In this document: positions 21,435 through 29,759 of the stretch, in pieces
Numbering within the stretch: position 1 is the stretch's first letter
How the letters are laid out: each line of letters starts with the position of its first letter
Translations under genes and position numbers: made by a program
Notes under the pieces: generated by a model
Databases searched by the model: none
What the model saw: the letters and a program-made list of their open reading frames with translations, nothing else
What the model was told of the DNA's origin: nothing
Virus record (IMG/VR): IMGVR_UViG_3300025012_000054
Span: 1 to 64,000 of that record
Length of the DNA stretch: 64,000 bases
Reading direction: 5' to 3' (one strand)
DNA from: a virus

Positions 21435-22285
21435 TCACAACTTGGCTAACAGGAAATATTTCAGACCAATTATTTAGGCTTGCTATTTGTCGCACAGTAG
21501 CGGAAAAAAATAATTATAAATATGGTGTAAATAAAAAAACAAGCCATGATTATTTTGGCGGTATAGAGCAAATGACTTTTTTTGAAGATATTAATTATGG
21601 TGAAGAAAATCATATGGAATATGGTGAAACTTTACCAGATGTCGATAATATTTGGGAGGAAAAAAGGGAAGTACATGATGGCTATAATTTCCATCCGTTT
21701 CAACCCGATATTTTTGATGTGTCTCCAAACACTCATATTACGATTTTCTGCGGTCAAGACGCCAACTATCTCAACAAAGAAAAAGTGGCAAAATGGTATG
21801 CGGTAAAAGAAGAAGTTATTAGGGAATCACAGCAATTATTACGAGTAGCGAATATAGAATTGGATGAAAATCTTTGCATCTTGTCTGCAAGGGGAGGGGA
21901 ATACAGAGGTGTTCCGTCCTTGTTTTTAGGTCATAACTATTGGGACAAAGCAATGCAGATTATGTCAAAAAGAAATCCTCAGATGAAATTTATTGTTATT
22001 ACGGAAGATCCGCAATTCTATAAAACATTTTTTGATATTCCCGTAATGCATTTTTCTTGTGCTACAGATTGGTGGATTATCAATAATTGTAAAAACATTA
22101 TTGCCGCTAATTCTGGATTTAATATTTTACCAACCTGGTTGAATAAGAATAATCCCTATGCTGTTGCCCCTTATCTTTGGGCTAATCACAATTACGGAAA
22201 AAATGAAGAATGGGCAAATTCGAATATGAGAAGTTGGGGTTGTTTTAATTTTATGAATAGGGAAGGCGATATTGTTAATATCTAA
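21431..22285 (+). CDS. GT11 (alpha-1,2-fucosyltransferase-like) glycosyltransferase, divergent
   Basis: SARGGEY (HxRxGD variant), VITED, IAANSGF, AP..W. Paralogous to the next gene. Confidence 0.7.
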   Translation: MITTWLTGNISDQLFRLAICRTVAEKNNYKYGVNKKTSHDYFGGIEQMTFFEDINYGEENHMEYGETLPDVDNIWEEKREVHDGYNFHPFQPDIFDVSPNTHITIFCGQDANYLNKEKVAKWYAVKEEVIRESQQLLRVANIELDENLCILSARGGEYRGVPSLFLGHNYWDKAMQIMSKRNPQMKFIVITEDPQFYKTFFDIPVMHFSCATDWWIINNCKNIIAANSGFNILPTWLNKNNPYAVAPYLWANHNYGKNEEWANSNMRSWGCFNFMNREGDIVNI

Positions 22286-23150
22286 TTTTACGGCGGGGTT
22301 CGGCAACCAAATGGCTGTATATGCTATTACTAGGGCTATAAGCGAGCGTAATGGCTACGAGTGGGGGTTTAACCCCGTACCTGAATATGATATGCCCCAC
22401 AACTATCAGTCTGTTCCACAATTTGATTTTCTCGATATTGATTACGGTAAACAACATGCTTATAAACGAGATGAAAATCCTCCATTTATACAACAATATT
22501 GGTTTGAGCGTGTGGAAGAAACTCGCTATCCCGATGGCGATCTATTCCGATATTTTCCCTATCAGCCGGAAATATTTGACATTCCAGATAATACAAAAAT
22601 GTTTATTTCCAACTGCCAAGACGCCCGATATTATGAACCTATAAAAGACAACGTTCGTGAATGGTTTAGAATCAAACCGGAAAATATTAATCGTTATGAT
22701 CAAATATTATCTGGTCTAAATATTGTCTTAGATGATAATTTCTGCGCTATTCATGTACGAGGTAAAGATTTTTGTGGCGACACCAGAATATTATTACCGC
22801 TAGAATATTATCAAAACGCCATGAATATTATGTTGAAGAAAAACCCCAGGATGAAATTTGGGGTCTTGACAGATGACGTAAAGTATGGTAAACTTTTATT
22901 TGGTGATAGCATTCCCGTTATGCAGAATGAATTGGGATGCGATTATTATATTTTTAATGTTGCCAAAAATGTTATATTGTCTAATTCTAGTTTTACCCTA
23001 TTTCCTACGTGGCTGAGTGAAAATCAGCCAGATGTTATTGCTCCCAGATATTGGTGGCGATATAATAATTCCAGAGGGTGGTTGTCTTCTGATATTTGGA
23101 CATTCGGCTATAAATTTTTAGATAAGGATGGCTTATTATATGACAAATAA
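22272..23150 (+). CDS. GT11 (alpha-1,2-fucosyltransferase-like) glycosyltransferase
   Basis: AGFGNQM, AIHVRGKDF, EYYQNAM, LTDD, ILSNSSF, VIAPRYW. Confidence 0.85.
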   Translation: MLISNFTAGFGNQMAVYAITRAISERNGYEWGFNPVPEYDMPHNYQSVPQFDFLDIDYGKQHAYKRDENPPFIQQYWFERVEETRYPDGDLFRYFPYQPEIFDIPDNTKMFISNCQDARYYEPIKDNVREWFRIKPENINRYDQILSGLNIVLDDNFCAIHVRGKDFCGDTRILLPLEYYQNAMNIMLKKNPRMKFGVLTDDVKYGKLLFGDSIPVMQNELGCDYYIFNVAKNVILSNSSFTLFPTWLSENQPDVIAPRYWWRYNNSRGWLSSDIWTFGYKFLDKDGLLYDK

Positions 23151-23880
23151 ATTCAAAATTTATTATCGCGTATCTAGTCGGGGTAATCCGTTGGGACGCA
23201 CAGAACTTTCTAATACGGATCTGTCAGGTATTACTAGGCAAGACTGTTTTCGTAACTTGGTCAAAATATTCGGAACAGAGAATTTAATTGTAATAGCCGA
23301 TAATGCTGACGATGATGTCATATCGTTTTTAGTGTCTGAGGGAATAAAAAATATTGAACGAACATTTTTTGGAAACACGCTTAGTTTTCGCTATATTGTG
23401 GATAGAGCAGTTACAGAATTACAAGATGAAGATATCGCATATTTTGTAGAAGATGACTACGTACACGATTATGACGCCGAGAGAATTATTAGAGAGGGCT
23501 TGGAAATTTCTGATTATCTATCTCTCTATGACAGCATGGACAAGTACAAAGATAGCGATAAAGGCGGCTACAATCCCTTTATTTCTGGCGGTGGAGAAGA
23601 TACAAAAGTAATGATTACAGAAAGTTGCCATTGGAAAAAAACCAATGCAACTACTATGACGTTTGCAGCAAAGATTAAAACGCTGAAAGAAGACTACAAT
23701 GTTATTACAAAATATTGTCCCAATGGCGCACCTCATCCCATGGATTTCTTGATGTTTAGAGAACTGATCACGCAGAAAAATCGCATTCTTATTAATTGTA
23801 TGCCTGGTAAATCAGCACATATTGGATTAGAGATGTCGCCGTTTGTTCCATGGATTTCATTACTAAAAGGAGAATTATGA
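23140..23880 (+). CDS. GT-A fold glycosyltransferase-like protein
   Basis: VIADN, YFVEDDYVH, YLSLYD..DKY, W..T..TTMTFA. Start (ATG 23140 after AAGGATGG, vs 23128) uncertain. Confidence 0.65.
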   Translation: MTNKFKIYYRVSSRGNPLGRTELSNTDLSGITRQDCFRNLVKIFGTENLIVIADNADDDVISFLVSEGIKNIERTFFGNTLSFRYIVDRAVTELQDEDIAYFVEDDYVHDYDAERIIREGLEISDYLSLYDSMDKYKDSDKGGYNPFISGGGEDTKVMITESCHWKKTNATTMTFAAKIKTLKEDYNVITKYCPNGAPHPMDFLMFRELITQKNRILINCMPGKSAHIGLEMSPFVPWISLLKGEL

Positions 23881-24509
23881 GCAAGGACGTTGCTGTTGAA
23901 ATTTTAAAATATTTGAAGTTTAATGACGGCGTGTTTTTGGAGGTTGGAGCGAATGATGGAATTTTCCAGAGTAATTCCTTAGCGTTAGAACGTAATCAAA
24001 ATTGGACAGGCATATTAATTGAGGCGTCACCCTACGCTTATAATCAGTGTTTAGCCAACAGAGATAATGAAAAAAATATTATTATATTTGGCGCATTAGT
24101 TGCAGATGATTATGTAGGAGATACAATCAAGGGCGATTTTAATGGTCATCCCATGGGTAGTATTGGTGGAAAGCGGCTAAATAATCAGGCGAATGCTAAT
24201 ATCGAAGTTCCTGCATATACGATTACACAGATATTAAGTTATTTTGAAATTGAAAAAGTAGATGCAATGTTTATTGATGTGGAAGGCTATGAACTAGAAG
24301 TTTTAAGGGGATTAGATTTCGAAACTTGGAAACCTTCCTTTTTCCTAATTGAGTGGAACAAGGGTGAAGACGAGTTGTTCCCATTTATGGAGTCCAAGGG
24401 ATATGAATGTGTTGGAAATATTTCAGATTTCAATCTTGTGGACGATCCTCAGTGGCCCCAAAACCACCAAGATTTTGGCTTCAAATTAAAGGAGAAAGAT
24501 AATGCCTAA
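23877..24509 (+). CDS. FkbM family methyltransferase
   Basis: FLEVGANDGIFQSNS, WTGILIEA, IDVEGYELEVLRG. ATG 23877 after AAGGAG. Confidence 0.88.
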   Translation: MSKDVAVEILKYLKFNDGVFLEVGANDGIFQSNSLALERNQNWTGILIEASPYAYNQCLANRDNEKNIIIFGALVADDYVGDTIKGDFNGHPMGSIGGKRLNNQANANIEVPAYTITQILSYFEIEKVDAMFIDVEGYELEVLRGLDFETWKPSFFLIEWNKGEDELFPFMESKGYECVGNISDFNLVDDPQWPQNHQDFGFKLKEKDNA

Positions 24510-25323
24510 AGTTTATGATGTAACCACGGGATTTAATGAATTGGATTTATATCTACTGCGTCTCCATATTTTAGATCCCTATGTAGATGAATTTATTTTG
24601 AATGAGTGTACAACAACTTTTACGGGTAAACCAAAACCACTTTTCTTTCAAGAAAATAAAGAAATGTTTAAGGAATTTGAGCATAAAATAATTTATCATA
24701 CATTTGACGAAAATCGTCCAGAATGGGATCAGTGGGATAGGGACAGGATTCATAAAAATGCTGCTATGCAAGCCTTGACAAATTTAGAAGATGATGATAT
24801 AGTTGTCTATGGCGATACGGATGAACTTTGGAATCCAGATGTGGTAAATTTTGATAATATCGATGAAGATACATTGTACATTTGTCATCAATCCTGTTAT
24901 TATTATTTTATTGATTGCCTTTGGGAAAATGTTGTAGATCCTACGGCAATATGGAGAGGTAATAGATATAGTTCTTATAAATTATTGAAACAACATAGTT
25001 TTGATGCCTTTAGAGCATACGATGGATATTTTTTCCAAAATAATTCATTCAAAAAAGAATATATAGATAAAGCGGGTTGGCACTTTTCATTTTTAAATGG
25101 TGCAGAAAATATTAAATTGAAACTAGCGTCATACGGACACTCCGAAATGAACATCCCCGTTATTACAGATAATCTTCAAGCCAACATCGATGCATTACGA
25201 GATCCATTTTTTAGACCTAATTTTAGAATTCGCCCAGTTCCTATTACAACGAAAACCCATCCAAAATATCTAGTTGATCATATTTCAGAATATCAAAAAT
25301 TTATTTATCAAAAAGGAGAATAG
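24502..25323 (+). CDS. GT17-like glycosyltransferase (beta-1,4-GlcNAc transferase type)
   Basis: FNELDL..LRL..L..YVD.F...E...TFTGKPKPL.F, GDTDE, AGWHFSF, KL.SY.H.E. Confidence 0.85.
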   Translation: MPKVYDVTTGFNELDLYLLRLHILDPYVDEFILNECTTTFTGKPKPLFFQENKEMFKEFEHKIIYHTFDENRPEWDQWDRDRIHKNAAMQALTNLEDDDIVVYGDTDELWNPDVVNFDNIDEDTLYICHQSCYYYFIDCLWENVVDPTAIWRGNRYSSYKLLKQHSFDAFRAYDGYFFQNNSFKKEYIDKAGWHFSFLNGAENIKLKLASYGHSEMNIPVITDNLQANIDALRDPFFRPNFRIRPVPITTKTHPKYLVDHISEYQKFIYQKGE

Positions 25324-25326
25324 TAA

Positions 25327-25905
25327 ATGTATCAAGTCAATGTAAAAGTTCAAGGAACATCAGTTATGTTGCAACACCGTTTTCCCATTCCTACTTATGA
25401 GGAGATGGGTTCTGGTGGTACTAAATCAACTGGAGCAAAAGATTATCGAGAAGAATGGCGACAGAGTTTATATGTAGATGATAAAAACGGCGTTTATCAG
25501 CCAGCAAACCATTTTGAATTAGCCATGGTAAAAGCCGCCGTTAACTTTAAGGTTACTGGTAAGCGAGGAAAATCTTATAAAGATATGGTTAGCGCCAATG
25601 TGGTAATAGATCCAGAAAAAATTCTATTTGGTATTGAAAATCCTAAAGATTTAGATACAGATGCAGATAAGCCACTGTATTTGGATTTGCGCCCCGTCGT
25701 AATACAGAGGGCAAGAGTTGTGCGTATTCGCCCAGCATTTAAGCCAGGATGGGAATTGGAGTTTACAATCAATGTTTTGGATAATGAATTACCTGCAAAT
25801 ATGTTACAGGACATTCTGGTTCTCGCAGGAAAAACTGTGGGCATTGGTGATTATCGCCCCAAGTTTGGCCGTTTCTCTGTTGTAAAATTTGATGTGGTGA
25901 AATAA
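25327..25905 (+). CDS. Stand-alone Cas7/RAMP-like RNA-binding protein
   Basis: RRM/RAMP-like order: beta1 VNVKVQGTSVML, GVYQPANHFELAM (cf. RAMP xIPxSSxKG), basic beta-hairpin RPVVIQRARVVRIRP, WELEFTI, helix, and C-terminal glycine-rich loop GIGDYRPKFGRFSV. Confidence 0.7.
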   Translation: MYQVNVKVQGTSVMLQHRFPIPTYEEMGSGGTKSTGAKDYREEWRQSLYVDDKNGVYQPANHFELAMVKAAVNFKVTGKRGKSYKDMVSANVVIDPEKILFGIENPKDLDTDADKPLYLDLRPVVIQRARVVRIRPAFKPGWELEFTINVLDNELPANMLQDILVLAGKTVGIGDYRPKFGRFSVVKFDVVK

Positions 25906-25906
25906 A

Positions 25907-26000
25907 TTTGAGGTTAAGGTGTGGCGAGACTGAAGTAGGTGGTGCCAGGTCAGGTGATGTCTGATAAGGTGTGTTCCGGTCAATTAAGGTATGGCGAGGT
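25907..26000 (+). ncRNA. Pentamer array 1: TTTGAGGTTAA leader + 17 GGY-like triplets separated by NN; candidate guide RNA
   Basis: From 25918: GGT gt GGC ga GAC tg AAG ta GGT gg TGC ca GGT ca GGT ga TGT ct GAT aa GGT gt GTT cc GGT ca ATT aa GGT at GGC ga GGT. Confidence 0.7.
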
Positions 26001-26015
26001 AAAATTTGAAATAAG

Positions 26016-26106
26016 TTTGAGGTTTTGGACTGGGTAGGAGAGTAGCGGTAGGTAGCGGCGAGGTTAGGCAGTGTCAGGTTTGGTCAGGTGAGATAAGGTG
26101 AGGGCA
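26016..26106 (+). ncRNA. Pentamer array 2: TTTGAGGTTTT leader + 16 x (GGN-like + NN); candidate guide RNA
   Basis: From 26027: GGA ct GGG ta GGA ga GTA gc GGT ag GTA gc GGC ga GGT ta GGC ag TGT ca GGT tt GGT ca GGT ga GAT aa GGT ga GGG ca. Confidence 0.7.
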
Positions 26107-26108
26107 AT

Positions 26109-26429
26109 ATAAAAAATAATATTACTAAAACATATTTTGAACTACCCGAATTTCCTGGTAAAAAATTTCCGTGGTATAAAAGACCACCAGTGGATTTATG
26201 GCGAATACTGCGGCAATATGTTTACGAAAGAGATTTGGGCAGATGTCGATACTGTGGCAATGAAACAGAATTAACAGATTGTCATACTCATCACGTATTA
26301 GAATTAAATCAAGGTGGAACCAATCACCCCAGTAATTTAAAAACATCTTGTCGAGACTGTCATAAGAAAAGACATCCGTTTATGATGGACGCCAGAGACA
26401 AGATGAGATTGATTGAGCAAGAAAATTGA
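26109..26429 (+). CDS. Small HNH endonuclease (McrA-like) between pentamer arrays 2 and 3
   Basis: VYERDLGRCRYCG...HTHHVLELNQGGTNHPSNLKTSCRDCHKKRH. The frame is open from 26097, so the start may be ATA 26109 (after AAGGTGAGG) rather than GTG 26190. Confidence 0.85.
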   Translation: MKNNITKTYFELPEFPGKKFPWYKRPPVDLWRILRQYVYERDLGRCRYCGNETELTDCHTHHVLELNQGGTNHPSNLKTSCRDCHKKRHPFMMDARDKMRLIEQEN

Positions 26430-26515
26430 GGTTATGGAGCGGCAGAGTTAGCCAAGGTTATGCTTGGTCTGGTGTGGTAGGGCATGGTTAGGAAAGACCA
26501 GACAAGACGAGGAAT
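26425..26515 (+). ncRNA. Pentamer array 3: ATTGAGGTTAT leader + 16 x (GGN-like + NN); candidate guide RNA
   Basis: From 26436: GGA gc GGC ag AGT ta GCC aa GGT ta TGC tt GGT ct GGT gt GGT ag GGC at GGT ta GGA aa GAC ca GAC aa GAC ga GGA at. Confidence 0.7.
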
Positions 26516-26539
26516 GAATATTTTTATACAGGAGCTTCC

Positions 26540-27157
26540 ATGAAATTAGATAATTTTTTTGAACTGGGATATGTGATTAATCTCGATAAAAGACGCGACA
26601 GATTAGGTGCATGTGAACCTGAGTTTTATAAATTAAACTATTATCCTGAGCGGTTTAGTGCTATTGAGCATGAAAATCCATCGGTAGGGTGTAGACTTTC
26701 TCATTTGGCTATTTTAAAGAAGGCGCTCAAAGAAAACAAAAGTGTTCTTATTATGGAAGATGATCTTCAAATAATAAATTTTGAAGAACATCTTGTAGAA
26801 AAAGTGTTGGATGAACTTTGGGGATTAGATTGGGCTATGATATATTTTGGTGGGAATCTCATGCGCCCATGTTTTCAGGTAAGTGAACATCTTGCCAGAT
26901 TGACACACGCCCAGAGTACGCATTTTTATGGTGTATCAAAACGTTATTTGCCACAAATAGTCGATGTTATAGAAAAAAATGATTATTTTATAGATTGCCT
27001 ATATGCGGATGTGATTGTACCTCAATTGCCTTGCTATATTTCGGTGCCGATGGTTGCCATTCAGAGGAGCGATTTTTCGGATATCGAAAAAATAAATATG
27101 AATTATGACGTTCCTGTAGCCAGATATAATAAACAATTGATTCGGATGAAAAAATAA
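26540..27157 (+). CDS. GT25 family glycosyltransferase
   Basis: YVINLDKRRDR, ERFSAI, GCRLSH, VLIMEDD, W.MIYFGG. Confidence 0.88.
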   Translation: MKLDNFFELGYVINLDKRRDRLGACEPEFYKLNYYPERFSAIEHENPSVGCRLSHLAILKKALKENKSVLIMEDDLQIINFEEHLVEKVLDELWGLDWAMIYFGGNLMRPCFQVSEHLARLTHAQSTHFYGVSKRYLPQIVDVIEKNDYFIDCLYADVIVPQLPCYISVPMVAIQRSDFSDIEKINMNYDVPVARYNKQLIRMKK

Positions 27158-27982
27158 ATGAAAAAAGTCGTTACTGTTATTTTTTCCAAGAATAGGGGTC
27201 TCCAGCTTGATTTGTGCCTGAGAACCCTGCAATTACACTGTGCAGATATCTACAAATCCGCATATGTGAATGTGTTGTATCGAGCAGATGATCATCACAT
27301 GGAATCATACGAAATATTAAAACGAGAATATCCACAGGTAAATTTCGTAGAAGAAAAATCATTTAAGGCGGATCTGCTGAATATTGTACGCGATAAAAGT
27401 GGTATTTTATTCTGTATCGTGGATGACACTGTATTCGTTGAAGATTTTCTTTTGGCTAATATCGTTAGTAATTTGGAAAGTAATCTAGATTGTTTGGGAT
27501 TCAGTTTACGTCTTGGCTTAAATTGCTCGTTCTGCTTTCCATACGGCAAACTCCAAGACATTCCTGCTACTACAAAAATAGACAATGGAGTTGTTAATAA
27601 ATATAATTGGCAAACGGCGCAACTGGACTTTGGCTACCCACTCGAACTATCAAGTTCTGCTTACAGGCTGGAAGATATAATGGAAATACTAGATAATTGC
27701 GATTATCATAATCCAAATTCCCTAGAGGATAGTATGACCAGTTGCCACATTCAGGTAAAACCAAATTTATTAATGTATGATAAAAGCGTGGCGTTTAGCA
27801 ATCCAATCAACAAAGTCCAACTTGATCATCCTAATAAAAGCGGCGATATAGATGCAGACGTATTGTTACAATATTTTATGGCTGGTTATAGAATAGACGA
27901 CAAGCTGTTCAATCATTATAAAAACAGCGGAGCACATGAATTAGTAGATATAGAGGTGAAGAAAATATATGAGCAGACATAA
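27158..27982 (+). CDS. GT-A fold glycosyltransferase-like protein
   Basis: IFSKNR.LQLD..L, F.VDD.VF, FSLRLG.N, DFGYPL, NPN.LE. Confidence 0.6.
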   Translation: MKKVVTVIFSKNRGLQLDLCLRTLQLHCADIYKSAYVNVLYRADDHHMESYEILKREYPQVNFVEEKSFKADLLNIVRDKSGILFCIVDDTVFVEDFLLANIVSNLESNLDCLGFSLRLGLNCSFCFPYGKLQDIPATTKIDNGVVNKYNWQTAQLDFGYPLELSSSAYRLEDIMEILDNCDYHNPNSLEDSMTSCHIQVKPNLLMYDKSVAFSNPINKVQLDHPNKSGDIDADVLLQYFMAGYRIDDKLFNHYKNSGAHELVDIEVKKIYEQT

Positions 27983-28802
27983 ACCAAAACAACACACTAA
28001 AGAAAGCAATCCTTTGATTTCTGTGATTGTACCAGTTTATAATCGCAAAGAGTGGATACCCTTAACGCTGGAATCCCTGCGAAGTCAAACTTACAAGAAT
28101 GTCGAAGTGGCAATTTGCAACGATGGCGGAGAACCTATTGATGATATTCTAAGTCAATTTCAGGACTTGAACATTATTTATACTGCACACGCCGAGAATA
28201 AAGGGCTTCCTGCTGCCAGAAATACTGCCCTTAAAAGCTGCCATGGTGAATTCATAAGTTTTCTCGATTCAGATGATCAATATATGCCTTTGGCGCTAGA
28301 ATTTAGAATGTGGAATATCAAAAAATTAAATGCGGAAATAGTTTATACACGATCTTTGAGGAATATATATGATCCCATCATACAAGATAACCAAAAGAGA
28401 TATCGTCTCAAACATCAGGAACTATACTGGAACTCAGAATTTTCTCGTGACCAAATATTATGGATGAATATCTGTCCTTGTTGCAATACTCTTTTTTCAA
28501 GAAAATCGTGGGAAAAAACAGAATATTGGCTCGATGAAACGTTAACGTCAACCGAAGATCATGATTTTTGGATTGCATTAAGCAGAAAATTCGATTTTTA
28601 CAATCTCTCATTGTTAGACGCGGAATGCAGTTATAGGTTAGAGCCTGGAGGACAAATGACCGGCAATCGTGATTTTTCACAGAATTGGATTAAAGTCTTT
28701 AAGAAATGGAGGAACACCGCCGAGAATCTGACCCTTGTTACAAATACCCAAAACGCAATTTTAAAACAGGCGGGAATCGACCCTGAAAAATATGGCTTAT
28801 AA
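27969..28802 (+). CDS. Glycosyltransferase family 2
   Basis: ISVIVPVYNR, QTY.NVE..CNDGG, NKGLPAARN, FLDSDD, EDHDFW. Confidence 0.92.
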   Translation: MSRHKPKQHTKESNPLISVIVPVYNRKEWIPLTLESLRSQTYKNVEVAICNDGGEPIDDILSQFQDLNIIYTAHAENKGLPAARNTALKSCHGEFISFLDSDDQYMPLALEFRMWNIKKLNAEIVYTRSLRNIYDPIIQDNQKRYRLKHQELYWNSEFSRDQILWMNICPCCNTLFSRKSWEKTEYWLDETLTSTEDHDFWIALSRKFDFYNLSLLDAECSYRLEPGGQMTGNRDFSQNWIKVFKKWRNTAENLTLVTNTQNAILKQAGIDPEKYGL

Positions 28803-29757
28803 AAGCAAATATATCAATCTCGACCTAACAGGGATGAGATTTGGAAAATTAACGGCAATAAAAAAATCGGAAACGAAAAAAACGCGAAAAACAACTTGGG
28901 AATGCTACTGCGATTGTGGAAATACCTCTTTAAGAACAGTTACAGAATTGCTGGTTTTAAATCTCCAAACATGTGGAAAGTGCCATAGAAATAAAGATAT
29001 TACAGGAAAGAGATTTGGTAGTTTGATAGTTCTATTCCTTGATCATTTTTATAGAAAACAGCCTTATTGGAAATGCAAGTGTGATTGTGACAACACTACT
29101 GTTGTTCGAGGGAGCAGTCTGGCGTCGGGATACACTAGGAGTTGTGGATGTAGGAGAATTATTGTTGGCAAAATGAGAATGATTGATTTAACTAACAAGA
29201 AGTTTGGTAGATGGACGGTGTTATCTTTAGCAGAAAGACCAGAAAATATAAAATCAGGAATATATTGGAATTGTATTTGCGATTGCGGAAATCCAGGTAT
29301 TATTAGAGGAGCAAATTTAGTAAACGGAAACACAATTTCTTGCGGATGTTACCTTAAAGACCATTTTGAGTCAGGACTCGAAAAAGCCAACATTCATAGG
29401 GCGTACATGTCATATAAAAAATCTGCAAGAAATAAAAATCAAGAATTCGAGTTAACTGAAAAAGATTTTTTATATTTGGCAAAACAAAATTGCTTTTATT
29501 GTAACGCTCCTCCTTCTAATATACAAAAAGGCGGAATGAATAGTGTTTTTTATTATTCTGGAATGGATAGGGTTGACAATACAAGAGGATATACTTTGGA
29601 TAATGCTGTTCCCTGCTGTAAAGAATGTAATATAGGTAAAAAAGCAAAAACCAAAGAAGAATTTTTAAATTGGATTAAGAGAATATATATGCATTCTATT
29701 CTCAATAAAGATGAAAAAGAAAATCCTGTAAGCCAATATAAAGCAAAGGAGAAATAA
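28792..29757 (+). CDS. Homing-endonuclease-like HNH protein with three tandem Cys-rich (W.C.CDCG..SCGC) repeats
   Basis: Three D.T..(R/K)FG.(L/W)..W.C.CDC repeats, then CFYC..GMDRVDNTRGYTLDNAVPCCKECN. Confidence 0.85.
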   Translation: MAYKSKYINLDLTGMRFGKLTAIKKSETKKTRKTTWECYCDCGNTSLRTVTELLVLNLQTCGKCHRNKDITGKRFGSLIVLFLDHFYRKQPYWKCKCDCDNTTVVRGSSLASGYTRSCGCRRIIVGKMRMIDLTNKKFGRWTVLSLAERPENIKSGIYWNCICDCGNPGIIRGANLVNGNTISCGCYLKDHFESGLEKANIHRAYMSYKKSARNKNQEFELTEKDFLYLAKQNCFYCNAPPSNIQKGGMNSVFYYSGMDRVDNTRGYTLDNAVPCCKECNIGKKAKTKEEFLNWIKRIYMHSILNKDEKENPVSQYKAKEK

Positions 29758-29759
29758 AT

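Noticed and set aside
25907-26515. Canonical CRISPR array
   Set aside because: No 23-47 bp identical repeats alternating with unique spacers. The periodicity is 5 nt, and no cas1/cas2/cas6 is present.
25907-26515. Simple microsatellite or coding low-complexity repeat
   Set aside because: Units are not copies of each other (NN is free), the three arrays have near-equal length and a shared leader, and a period of 5 with in-frame stops does not fit coding. A G-quadruplex role is not excluded but would not need strict phasing.
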